Shown here one piece after another: positions 15,910 to 24,939 of a stretch of DNA of 41,468 nt. Below the pieces are notes generated by a model. The model saw nothing but the letters and a program-made list of their open reading frames with translations, was not told the DNA's origin and did not search any database. Numbering within the stretch: the stretch's first letter is position 1; every line of letters starts with the position of its first letter. This DNA is from a virus, in the IMG/VR virus record IMGVR_UViG_3300045988_045315. One strand, given 5' to 3'. Made by a program: the position numbers and the translations under genes.

Positions 15910-16560
15910 ATGGCTATTTGTAAATGCCCGGCAGCAGCAGCGTTGCCAAACATTCCCAATTTTACATGTGCAGAGAGTTTCGGACAGATTCAAAAAGTAG
16001 CGTTTCAACGTCTGTATAAAAGTGCGGGCGGGAAAAACTCATTTACAGCAGATGCTGGAATAGGCAAATTGGCGTCATGGTCGCCGTTATTGGCAGCAGA
16101 GGACGGCACGAAAATTGTCATTTCGCCGTATATCCAAGCACCGACAGCAGAAGCGGGCGCACCTCGTACGTTCGGCGGAGGAAATGAAACGTTGGGCGGT
16201 ATAGAAGAAATTATTGGTCGTGAACCAACACCGTTTACCGGAGTTATACGAAAAATGCCGCAATCATTAATCAAGGCATTAAAGGAATTGCAGTGCGAAA
16301 GCGATTCGCAGAATTTGGGCGTTTATCTGTTTGACGAAAACGGTTCAATTGGAGCATTGCAAGACCCGACAACGGCAACAACGTACTATCCGATTCCGAT
16401 TCGTTCTTTGTTCGTTGGGGATAAGACTTTGGGCGGACTGGAGGCACCGGATAGCAACGCCGTACAATGGTCGTTCTTACCCAACTGGTCGGACGATTTG
16501 GTTGTTTTGACACCGGAGGATTTCAACCCGTTAACAGACTTGAAAAATGCAGCGGGATAA
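15910..16560 (+). CDS. Virion-module protein of unknown role (216 aa)
   Basis: First gene after the late promoter. Gly/Ala/Pro-rich, beta-type sequence. No family recognised. Confidence 0.75.
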   Translation: MAICKCPAAAALPNIPNFTCAESFGQIQKVAFQRLYKSAGGKNSFTADAGIGKLASWSPLLAAEDGTKIVISPYIQAPTAEAGAPRTFGGGNETLGGIEEIIGREPTPFTGVIRKMPQSLIKALKELQCESDSQNLGVYLFDENGSIGALQDPTTATTYYPIPIRSLFVGDKTLGGLEAPDSNAVQWSFLPNWSDDLVVLTPEDFNPLTDLKNAAG

Positions 16561-16756
16561 GACAACGAAAGTGTTGTTGGAGTGCAAAGCATTAAACGCA
16601 ACACGTGAATTTGATGTATCACACGCCGAAAGGTTGTTGAGGATGCAGAAAAACGGCGGATGGCAGTTGCCGGAAAACTCAAAATTTGAATTTAGCAAAG
16701 AAAATGGGCTTAGATACAAGAGAAATAAGAAAGCAGATAACGGATCCACGGAATAG
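16547..16756 (+). CDS. Hypothetical protein (69 aa)
   Basis: ORF bridging 15910..16560 and the portal gene. Confidence 0.5.
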   Translation: MQRDKTTKVLLECKALNATREFDVSHAERLLRMQKNGGWQLPENSKFEFSKENGLRYKRNKKADNGSTE

Positions 16757-16757
16757 A

Positions 16758-18422
16758 ATGGCGATAAGTAGGGCGATTTACCACCAAAACCGCATACGAT
16801 TCCATGCGGAAAAGGCGTTGACGCCGTACATTACGCAACCCGTGACCGATTTTTTGGCTTATGTCTCAAACCTTATCCCCGCAGACAAATTCAAAGTGTT
16901 CAAAACATTGTTCCGTTACCCCGTCAAAACAAACGAGGTAACGGGCGTTTGTTTTGATAAGTTGAGCCGCATTTTTGACGGTCGTAACCCAGCGTTCAAT
17001 TATCAGTTCATGACCAGCGAGCAAAGGGACGATTGGGAGTATTACAGACAGGACGTATTGAAAGAACCCGAAATATGGAGTACCAAGGGATGGGAGTATT
17101 TTAAAACCGAAATCAACAGCATATTAATTGTTGATTTGCCAAAAGAGCAATCCCCCGGCGATAGTTACCCGGAACCATACTTTTATTGGTTGCCAATTGA
17201 ACACGTCATTTCATACGAGGCTGACAAGACAACGGGCGTCATGCGTTGGATAATATTTCGGCAGGACGACAAGCGTATTGCAGTAATAGATGATGAGCGA
17301 TACCGGGTATTTACCGAGGAAAAAGGCAATATTGGCGAATTGCTGATTGATAGCCCGCATGATTTGGGATATTGCCCAGCTCGGTTTTTTTGGGACGAAC
17401 CATTAAGTTTGAGAGAACCGGACGTCAAGGCGTCACCTTTGACCGACGAGTTGGAAAGTTTAGACTGGTTTCTTTTTTATCATTTGTCAAAGAAAAATTT
17501 GGATATGTACGGGGCTTACCCGATTTATTCCGGATATGAACAAAGTTGCGATTTCACGAACGGCGAAAACGGCGATTATTGCGACGGCGGATTTTTGAAA
17601 GACAAACAAGGCTTTTATAAATTAGACCAAGCGGGTTTATTGATGCGTTGCCCGAAATGTGGCGACAAGCGTATTGTTGGCGTTGGTTCGTTCGTGGAAA
17701 TACCTATTCCGGACGGCGACAAACAGCCGGATTTACGAAACCCGGTGCAAGTGCTGACCGTTGACCGCAATAGTTTGGATTATAATGTCGATGAGGAGGA
17801 ACGATTGCGTACAAACATAATTACGGCGGTCGTCGGTACCAATGAAGAGATAACGACACGGGACGCATTGAATGAACAGCAAATTAAAGCCAATTTTGAA
17901 AGCCAAAGCACTGTGTTAAACCGAGTGAAAAAAGGCTTTGAGGCGGCGCAGAAGTTTGTTGATGAAACGGTTTGCCGTTTGCGTTATGGCGATATGTTCG
18001 TGTCTGCAAAAATCAATTATGGCACCGAGTTTTATTTATCCGATGCAACCCAGTTGCGAGAACGTTATAAGCTGGCTAAAGAGAGCGGAGCAAGCGAGGG
18101 GGAATTGGATGCGCTACACAATCAGATTATCGAAACGGAGTACAGACACGACCCGATACAGAAACAACGGATGCTCGTGTTGGCAGAGCTGGAGCCGTAC
18201 CGACATTTGACACGTTCAGAGGTAATGGAGTTGTACGAGAAACAGCTAATTACGGAGGAAGAATTGCGCATTAAGTTGAATTTCGCTAATTTTGTGCGGA
18301 GGTTTGAGCGAGAAAATACAAACATTTTGGAATTTGGAAACCAAATACCTTTTTCCAAGAAAATTGAAGTAATAACAAATAAATTTTATGATTATGCGAG
18401 TGAAAACAGAAAAGGAGGGTAG
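16758..18422 (+). CDS. Portal protein (putative)
   Basis: About 555 aa, with the position expected for a portal. The ATG at 16758 lies 1 nt after the upstream stop. Alternative starts are 16704 (ATG) and 16686 (TTG). No motif-level proof. Confidence 0.55.
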   Translation: MAISRAIYHQNRIRFHAEKALTPYITQPVTDFLAYVSNLIPADKFKVFKTLFRYPVKTNEVTGVCFDKLSRIFDGRNPAFNYQFMTSEQRDDWEYYRQDVLKEPEIWSTKGWEYFKTEINSILIVDLPKEQSPGDSYPEPYFYWLPIEHVISYEADKTTGVMRWIIFRQDDKRIAVIDDERYRVFTEEKGNIGELLIDSPHDLGYCPARFFWDEPLSLREPDVKASPLTDELESLDWFLFYHLSKKNLDMYGAYPIYSGYEQSCDFTNGENGDYCDGGFLKDKQGFYKLDQAGLLMRCPKCGDKRIVGVGSFVEIPIPDGDKQPDLRNPVQVLTVDRNSLDYNVDEEERLRTNIITAVVGTNEEITTRDALNEQQIKANFESQSTVLNRVKKGFEAAQKFVDETVCRLRYGDMFVSAKINYGTEFYLSDATQLRERYKLAKESGASEGELDALHNQIIETEYRHDPIQKQRMLVLAELEPYRHLTRSEVMELYEKQLITEEELRIKLNFANFVRRFERENTNILEFGNQIPFSKKIEVITNKFYDYASENRKGG

Positions 18423-18897
18423 AACAAAGGACGTCGGATTGCTGGACGTTACCCCGGAAAATTTCATTGTGCCGAAAGGCGAAGAACATTTTTACCATTG
18501 TCGTATTGAGGTTGTGAAATTCAACCAAGAAACGGGCGAAAGAATTTCACGACCACGCATGCAAGTTTTCGGCAAAAAGTTTTTTGAGACGTTCGGATTG
18601 CACAATTTGCGAAAAATGGGTTATAGAGTTGACATTATGCACGACCCGAACGTGTGGGCGGCGGCGAACAAAGAAAAAATTGAAGCCAGCAACCAAGCAA
18701 AGGCAGAAGCAGCAGCAGAGGCAGAAGCGGCAGCAAAGGCGGCAGAACGTGAGCAAATGAAAGCCGAAATTATTGCAGAGCTGACAGCCACCGGAGTTAT
18801 ACCAGCAGAACCAAAGAAAGCCGGACGAAAACCAAAAGCCGAAAAAACAGCAGAGGAAGCGGCAGGCGATAGCCCGGAAAACAACGAGAATGTTTAA
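18388..18897 (+). CDS. Hypothetical virion-module protein with Ala/Glu/Lys-rich C-terminal half
   Basis: ORF overlapping the portal 3' end (alternative ATG at 18394). Low-complexity AEAAAEAEAAAKAAE segment. Confidence 0.7.
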   Translation: MIMRVKTEKEGRTKDVGLLDVTPENFIVPKGEEHFYHCRIEVVKFNQETGERISRPRMQVFGKKFFETFGLHNLRKMGYRVDIMHDPNVWAAANKEKIEASNQAKAEAAAEAEAAAKAAEREQMKAEIIAELTATGVIPAEPKKAGRKPKAEKTAEEAAGDSPENNENV

Positions 18898-18915
18898 CCA
18901 TTAAAAATTACGAAT

Positions 18916-19185
18916 ATGGCACAGATTGCACAGCAGGACAATTTAGTTATTGAAGTAGCCACGACCGCCGCAGCATTGGACGGCGACACAAAGAAAAAGT
19001 TGATTGAATGTATTGAGGGCGGAACAATTACCGACGTTATTTTGGTAACAAAAGAGGTTGAAAATAAAATCAGCCATGCTCGTGTTGTTAGTTGGTTGGT
19101 TGACACAACCGGGGATTCCCCAAAATACACAATTGATATTGTTAACGCAAACAGCGGAGCAGTAGAAGCGGTGGCACTTAATTAA
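18916..19185 (+). CDS. Hypothetical protein (89 aa)
   Basis: ORF only. Confidence 0.65.
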   Translation: MAQIAQQDNLVIEVATTAAALDGDTKKKLIECIEGGTITDVILVTKEVENKISHARVVSWLVDTTGDSPKYTIDIVNANSGAVEAVALN

Positions 19186-19204
19186 TTCAAAGGGTAAGAA
19201 TATT

Positions 19205-20152
19205 ATGTTGACGAGAGAAATTTTAATTGCAAATGCGGCTTTGTCGGGATTGTCTGACGAACAGATTACAGCGATAACAACATTGTCGCAAAATGACGAA
19301 AACAGCGTTATTGCCAAGAAAACGGGCGAAATTTACGGGGCTTTGGATGCCGATATTTTGGCGGTTTCCGGTATCGCTAAGAATGGTGTTGAAAAAACGT
19401 ATGATTACGCAAAACGTGTAATGGGAGAGATGAAAACAAAAGCCGATGGCGCAACTGGGTTGCAAACGCAGATTGATTCATTGACCAAGGAAAAAGCCCG
19501 TTTGGAAAAGGCAATTGCCGATGGTGCGGCAGATGCGGAAACCGTGAAAGCATTGAAGCAGGCAAAAGCGGATTTGCAGAACGTGACAACGCAGTACACC
19601 GAGTTGACAACCAAGTATGAGGCAGAAAAGGCAAACCACGAGAAAGAGTTGTTCGGGGAGAGAATTAATAACGCATTGCAGACAGCCGCCGCCGGGCTTA
19701 AATTCAAAGCCGGATTCCCGGAAAGTGTGACAAAGGTTATTTTGGCGCAGGCGACCGAAAAAGTAAAAGGAATGAACCCGGGATATATAGACGACGGAAA
19801 CGGCGGAAAGGTTTTGGCGTTCAAAGATGCAAGCGGCGCAATTATGCGCAACCCGAACAATCAGTTGAACCCATTCACGCCCGCCGAGTTGCTGACAAAA
19901 GAATTGGAAACGATGGGAGTGTTGGAACAGCAAAGAAAACAGCCGGGCAGCGGAACGGGTTCGCCCACAGGCGGTGCCGGAGGCGGCGGAATTACTTTGG
20001 ATGTAAGCGGAGCCAAAACGCAATCAGAGGCGTACGAACTTATTACGAAACAATTGATGGCGCAGGGCAAAACTGTAGGCTCCAAAGAGTTTGACGAAGC
20101 CATGAGAAAGGTTTGGCAAGAAAACAGTATCAACAAATTGCCGGAGAGATAA
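19205..20152 (+). CDS. Scaffolding protein (putative)
   Basis: Coiled-coil-rich 315-aa protein directly upstream of the capsid gene, with a Gly-rich C-terminal segment. Confidence 0.55.
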   Translation: MLTREILIANAALSGLSDEQITAITTLSQNDENSVIAKKTGEIYGALDADILAVSGIAKNGVEKTYDYAKRVMGEMKTKADGATGLQTQIDSLTKEKARLEKAIADGAADAETVKALKQAKADLQNVTTQYTELTTKYEAEKANHEKELFGERINNALQTAAAGLKFKAGFPESVTKVILAQATEKVKGMNPGYIDDGNGGKVLAFKDASGAIMRNPNNQLNPFTPAELLTKELETMGVLEQQRKQPGSGTGSPTGGAGGGGITLDVSGAKTQSEAYELITKQLMAQGKTVGSKEFDEAMRKVWQENSINKLPER

Positions 20153-20202
20153 CCGGGTAATGGGTAAACCCGCATTGACAATAAATTTAAATAAAAAAAA
20201 CT

Positions 20203-21315
20203 ATGAGTTTAATTGCAACAAGATTACAGAATTGGCGAGTAGAAAACCCGGAGTTAGACCGAAATATGACCCGCCCGTGTGAGTATGGCGCATTAGATTT
20301 TTTCATTGAACAGACTAATGCCGGAAATTCCATTTTGTCCCCACAATTGCGTGAACGTGCGTTTGCCTCAATCGGCAATACAGTACAGATTCCGGTTATC
20401 AATTACGATGGCGACGTTGCGGTTAGCAACGTTCGTACGTGTGTTATCCCGGATGATGAAAACACGGCCGCACTGTATACAGTAGTTTGGGCGACATATT
20501 CCGTCGGCTTTACAATGGTACCTCGCTTGTATATGAACAACGAAATTTCGTATGACCACGATTTCAACCGCAAAATGGAAAAGGTTTGCAGAGCGTTTGC
20601 AAATGCTTTAGACCAAGCCGCCGTTGCAGCGTTGGAGGCAGGGAAAACCCATGTGTTGAAAGACAAGTTGAATTACAATTTCGCTGGAAATGTTATTGAG
20701 GTCCCAACGCCGATGGCAACCGAAATAATGGGCGATGTCAATCCAATTATGCGTGCTAATTGCTATCCCGGTTTGGTTCACGTTGTAGGTAACGCCGGAA
20801 TTGATAGCATTATCAGAAAGTTGGCACAGCACGGTATCTACAACGACGTGAACAAGCGGATGGAGTATGAAAACAAAGTGTTCCATTACTCAAACAACGT
20901 TGTCAACGAGGCTGGCAAAAACGGTACATTCTTCGCCGTAGAGGATGGCAACGTTGGTGTTTTGACCCGTGTTGACCGTGAGGCGTTGAACCGCACACGT
21001 GCGAATTTCCACGAATGGGACGTTGTACGTTTGCCGTACATTGATTTGCCCGTTGGTTCTCACTATTATACAGCAGTTGGCGACCAGTCACAGACAGCAG
21101 GCGCAGCGAGTGACGACATGACCTGCAACGTAAAGGAATATTTCGGATTCAGCGCAGACGTTGCGTTTATAATTGCATACAACAGCGACCCGACAACCGT
21201 TGCAAATCCGATTATCAAAGCGCAGATTGCAGCACGTGCGGAAAATGTGCCATTGGGTACACCCGTATATGTTACCAATTCGCAGGATTCGCCGATTTAC
21301 ACACAGACCGTTTAA
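20203..21315 (+). CDS. Major capsid protein (putative)
   Basis: 370 aa, follows the scaffold-like gene and precedes a strong terminator. This is the typical position and size. Fold not verified. Confidence 0.6.
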   Translation: MSLIATRLQNWRVENPELDRNMTRPCEYGALDFFIEQTNAGNSILSPQLRERAFASIGNTVQIPVINYDGDVAVSNVRTCVIPDDENTAALYTVVWATYSVGFTMVPRLYMNNEISYDHDFNRKMEKVCRAFANALDQAAVAALEAGKTHVLKDKLNYNFAGNVIEVPTPMATEIMGDVNPIMRANCYPGLVHVVGNAGIDSIIRKLAQHGIYNDVNKRMEYENKVFHYSNNVVNEAGKNGTFFAVEDGNVGVLTRVDREALNRTRANFHEWDVVRLPYIDLPVGSHYYTAVGDQSQTAGAASDDMTCNVKEYFGFSADVAFIIAYNSDPTTVANPIIKAQIAARAENVPLGTPVYVTNSQDSPIYTQTV

Positions 21316-21340
21316 TTTCGGCTTCAAGATTAACAACAAG

Positions 21341-21370
21341 GGGGCGGGGAAAATCCCCCGTCCCTTTTTT
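21341..21370 (+). terminator. Intrinsic terminator after the capsid gene
   Basis: GGGGCGGGG-aaaatc-CCCCGTCCC (9 bp, one G-U pair) followed by T6. Confidence 0.75.
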
Positions 21371-21384
21371 AATTATCAGTAATT

Positions 21385-22725
21385 ATGTATCGGATTAAAG
21401 AAATACAAGACGCATTATTGCACGTGGTCGGCTGGGAACAATCATTTGACCCAACAAAGGCAATTGACAATTATATGACAGAAACGGAAAGCGGGTTGTA
21501 TTTTCAAGGTGCGCACCCGCTTTTGACGTTGCATAATATGGAGGGTATTATGCCGGATAATTGGGGGTTGCAATATCCGGAATGGAATATGATGTTGCCG
21601 TACAAAGCAGGACAGAAAGTAAGCCATAATGGTATTTTTTGGATTGCTAAAATTGACAACACCGGCGAGGAACCAACGGCAAGTGATTTTAATAATGATT
21701 ACAGCCGGGAGGATTACGGAAACCCATATTGGAAGCCATATAATATGTTGACGGACTTTTTGGAGAGAATGACCCGAAACGGAATTGCAACTGCAATACA
21801 GACGTTCACGCAGATTAAGCAGTTAGACAAAGAAACACGTAATTTGTTGGAGCGAAAAACGTTCTTTGATGGTGCCGGACGCATACGAGCGACGTTGCAA
21901 AACAACCACAAGTTGGTAGGATTTGAAATTGTCCCGGTCCGTGCAATGGGAGTGACGGCGAAAATTGAAAAGATAGGTTTGCAAATGACGGGGGGAACTG
22001 GGGTTGTCCGGATGTATTTGTTTCATTCGTCGCAGACAGACCCAATAAAGACGTTTGATTTGAATTTCACCGTTACAAATGGCGGTTTTCAGTGGTTCCC
22101 ATTAACTGATTGCTATTTGCCGTATATAAGCGACAAGAACAACGCCGGGGGTTCGTGGTTTCTTTGTTATAATCAAGACGAATTACCCGCCGGAATGGAA
22201 GCGATTAACGTGTCAAAGGATTGGAGCCGGGAGCCGTGCGGAACGTGCAATATGGGTTCTGTTGAGGTTTGGCGAGAATTGACAAAGTATTTGCAAGTGA
22301 CGCCGTTTATGTACCATGCAACGGAAACGTTTGCAGAATATCCGGAATTATGGGACATTGCGCAAACCTTATACACGAGAACACAGAATTACGGGTTGAA
22401 TTGCGAAATTACAATTGGATGCGATTTGACCGATTTTGTCATTTCGCAAAGGGCGATTTTCCAAACCGTGATACAACGGCAAGTTGCCGCAATTGCGTTG
22501 CGCACGTTAGCCATGAACCCGAATGTAAGGGTCAACCGTAACCAGTCAAACGCAAGCCGCACAGACATTCTGTATGAATTGGACGGGAACACGTCCGGCG
22601 TCAGACCGGGCGGGTTGGGGTATGACTTAAAAAAGGCGTATGAGGCATTACGGATTGATACGCAAGGATTAGACCGCATTTGTTTGAGTTGTAACAACAG
22701 AGGCGTGAAATACAGAACCGTGTAA
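21385..22725 (+). CDS. Virion-module protein (446 aa) with a CBM5/12-like insertion
   Basis: YKAGQKVSHNGIFWIAKIDNTGEEP resembles the Y-x-G-x-V-x-x-G-x-W-x-A-x-x-x-N-x-G-x-x-P carbohydrate-binding motif. Confidence 0.6.
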   Translation: MYRIKEIQDALLHVVGWEQSFDPTKAIDNYMTETESGLYFQGAHPLLTLHNMEGIMPDNWGLQYPEWNMMLPYKAGQKVSHNGIFWIAKIDNTGEEPTASDFNNDYSREDYGNPYWKPYNMLTDFLERMTRNGIATAIQTFTQIKQLDKETRNLLERKTFFDGAGRIRATLQNNHKLVGFEIVPVRAMGVTAKIEKIGLQMTGGTGVVRMYLFHSSQTDPIKTFDLNFTVTNGGFQWFPLTDCYLPYISDKNNAGGSWFLCYNQDELPAGMEAINVSKDWSREPCGTCNMGSVEVWRELTKYLQVTPFMYHATETFAEYPELWDIAQTLYTRTQNYGLNCEITIGCDLTDFVISQRAIFQTVIQRQVAAIALRTLAMNPNVRVNRNQSNASRTDILYELDGNTSGVRPGGLGYDLKKAYEALRIDTQGLDRICLSCNNRGVKYRTV

Positions 22726-22777
22726 TTATATAATTCAAAGGGAAAATTGTATATAATTTCATGCAAAAATTGTATTT

Positions 22778-23236
22778 ATGAAAAAGATAACCGATTTACG
22801 GAAAAGGGTTGCGGATTTCAACGAGGCTTTGACGTCCGGGCGGCTGATGCAGGATATTATATGGGATAATGACGCTTATATTATTGATATGAACGCCGAG
22901 GAACAATTGTTTGAGAGAGGCATTAACCGTTTGGGCGTGGAAATTATGGATTATGCGCCATATAGCCCAGTCACAATTGAAATTAAGGAGGCAAAGGGAC
23001 AGCCGACAAACCGGGTCACTTTAAGGGATGAGGGCGATTTTGAAAGTAGCTTTTTTCTGGAAGTTGGCGACAAGCAATTTGAAATAAAGGCGTCCGATTT
23101 CAAGACAGAGGATTTAATAAAGAAATACGGGCGTCAGATATTAGGATTGACGGACGAAAATATTGCCATACTGATATGGCAATACATATATCCGGATTTA
23201 ATGGACGAAGCAAAAAAACAAATTTATGGCAAATAA
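22778..23236 (+). CDS. Hypothetical virion-module protein (152 aa)
   Basis: ORF only. Confidence 0.7.
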   Translation: MKKITDLRKRVADFNEALTSGRLMQDIIWDNDAYIIDMNAEEQLFERGINRLGVEIMDYAPYSPVTIEIKEAKGQPTNRVTLRDEGDFESSFFLEVGDKQFEIKASDFKTEDLIKKYGRQILGLTDENIAILIWQYIYPDLMDEAKKQIYGK

Positions 23237-23804
23237 GGTAAAAGCCCCAGTTGTTGACAACCCGGAATTGTTAGACCGAATTATTGGGAGCATGCAAAAC
23301 GGATTGGTTGATAATTTGCCGTGGCTGGATTATGCGTTTGGCAGGGCGGAAAGGCTTGTTAAAATGAACGCAAACCAAAAACGCTATTATACGCCAAACG
23401 TGTATTCCGGGAAAAACGAATATATGGAAGTATGCCCCGATGCGGGTATCGGTAATTTCTGTTTCTTTTGGGTTGACGACCCGCAAAATATCAGTTGGGA
23501 ACCAGGAGTTGATATTGGCATAAAAACGGCGTTTTCAATCATCTTTTGGTTTGATTACAGAAAGATATACAACGATGCGAGTGCACGCAACAAAGAGGAT
23601 TTGAAGCGGCAAATATTGGACGTTCTGAACGGCGGTTTTTTGGTGCGAAATGGAAGTTACCGAATTAACAAAGTGTACGAATTGGCGGAAAATATATACC
23701 GTGGATTTTCGTTGGATGAAATAGAAAACCAATTTTTAATGCACCCGTTCGGCGGATTCCGGTTTGAGGGCGAATTGAGTATTAGCGAAACGTGTAAATT
23801 ATAA
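23226..23804 (+). CDS. Hypothetical virion-module protein (192 aa)
   Basis: ORF only. Confidence 0.7.
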   Translation: MANKVKAPVVDNPELLDRIIGSMQNGLVDNLPWLDYAFGRAERLVKMNANQKRYYTPNVYSGKNEYMEVCPDAGIGNFCFFWVDDPQNISWEPGVDIGIKTAFSIIFWFDYRKIYNDASARNKEDLKRQILDVLNGGFLVRNGSYRINKVYELAENIYRGFSLDEIENQFLMHPFGGFRFEGELSISETCKL

Positions 23805-23808
23805 GAGT

Positions 23809-24066
23809 ATGGAACAATTTATTTATTACATTATTCTTGTCGCATTGATGGCGGCATTTGTATTGACTTTGTTACGCAAATGGGGCGTAATTGAATGGGT
23901 ACAAGTTCATGGGAACGAATTTTTCGCAAAGATGTTCAATTGCGATTTTTGTTTGTCTTGGTGGGCGTGTGTGCTGATTTGCTTTTTTGCGTTTGTGTTG
24001 ACCGGAAACCCCGCATATTTGGGCGTTCCTTTCTGTAGTACAATGATAACACGTATTTTGTTATGA
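23809..24066 (+). CDS. Small integral membrane protein (85 aa)
   Basis: Two or three hydrophobic helices and a CDFCLSWW motif. Confidence 0.6.
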   Translation: MEQFIYYIILVALMAAFVLTLLRKWGVIEWVQVHGNEFFAKMFNCDFCLSWWACVLICFFAFVLTGNPAYLGVPFCSTMITRILL

Positions 24067-24836
24067 AAACGGTACAGATAAAAGGGATGAGCGTTGAAAT
24101 ATACGATTCAATCGAGGATTTGCCAATTCTGCGATTCCACAAGTACAATAAAATGTTGTTGGTTGACGCTGGGGTTGGTTCCGATTTGGCAGACTTTGAC
24201 CGCCACATTGAAAAGGCGATAAGATATGCAGCCAGCACGACGCCAAATTTGGCGATTGCGGAATTGCAGAATTTGCGCCAAAATGTGTATTTCGTTCAAT
24301 CGGAGATTTCCCCTCGGCATTTGGCTTTTGCCGTATTGGTAAAATCTGTAAACGGTACGCCGTTAAATGATTTGTCCGACGACGGATTGCAGAAAACAAT
24401 CAATCTTTTTTCAGATGTCCCACATTCAGAGATAACCGCCCAACTGGATGCGGTTAAAAAAAAAATAGACGATGAATTGCGTTTGTATTTTCCTCGGTTG
24501 TTTGACAATGCGATGTTGAAAGATTATTACGATAAATTGAAACAAAGAACGATTGTCGTATTGCGCACAATCATAGATGGTCGGACAACCGAGGCGGACG
24601 CAAAAGAGATTGACGACATAATGGTTGAGTTGATAACGTATTTCAACCCACAAGAATTTACCGGGTCGGATGGCGTGGAAATTAAGCATGACAGACAATT
24701 TGAGAATATGTGTTTGATTCTATCACAAAATTTGCACGTTGACCCGAAAAAATTTACCGTTTTGGAATATTACAACGCCTTTGAATACATTAAGGAGCAA
24801 GCGAAAAAAGCAAGCAGACTGAAAAAGCCAAAATAA
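24063..24836 (+). CDS. Hypothetical protein (257 aa)
   Basis: ORF only. Confidence 0.7.
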   Translation: MKTVQIKGMSVEIYDSIEDLPILRFHKYNKMLLVDAGVGSDLADFDRHIEKAIRYAASTTPNLAIAELQNLRQNVYFVQSEISPRHLAFAVLVKSVNGTPLNDLSDDGLQKTINLFSDVPHSEITAQLDAVKKKIDDELRLYFPRLFDNAMLKDYYDKLKQRTIVVLRTIIDGRTTEADAKEIDDIMVELITYFNPQEFTGSDGVEIKHDRQFENMCLILSQNLHVDPKKFTVLEYYNAFEYIKEQAKKASRLKKPK

Positions 24837-24939
24837 TGCGATTTAAGGCGTTTTATTTTTCAGACGATAATTTATATATTTGAGAAAAGAAAATTGATTG
24901 TAGGGCAAATTGCCCGAGAATAACAAAACAAATAGTCGT

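Noticed and set aside
22269-22541. Alternative-frame + strand ORFs inside larger genes (also 7958-8245, 17938-18210, 32038-32274, 39905-40165)
   Set aside because: All are embedded in longer ORFs with recognisable or better coding character. None has an independent start context.
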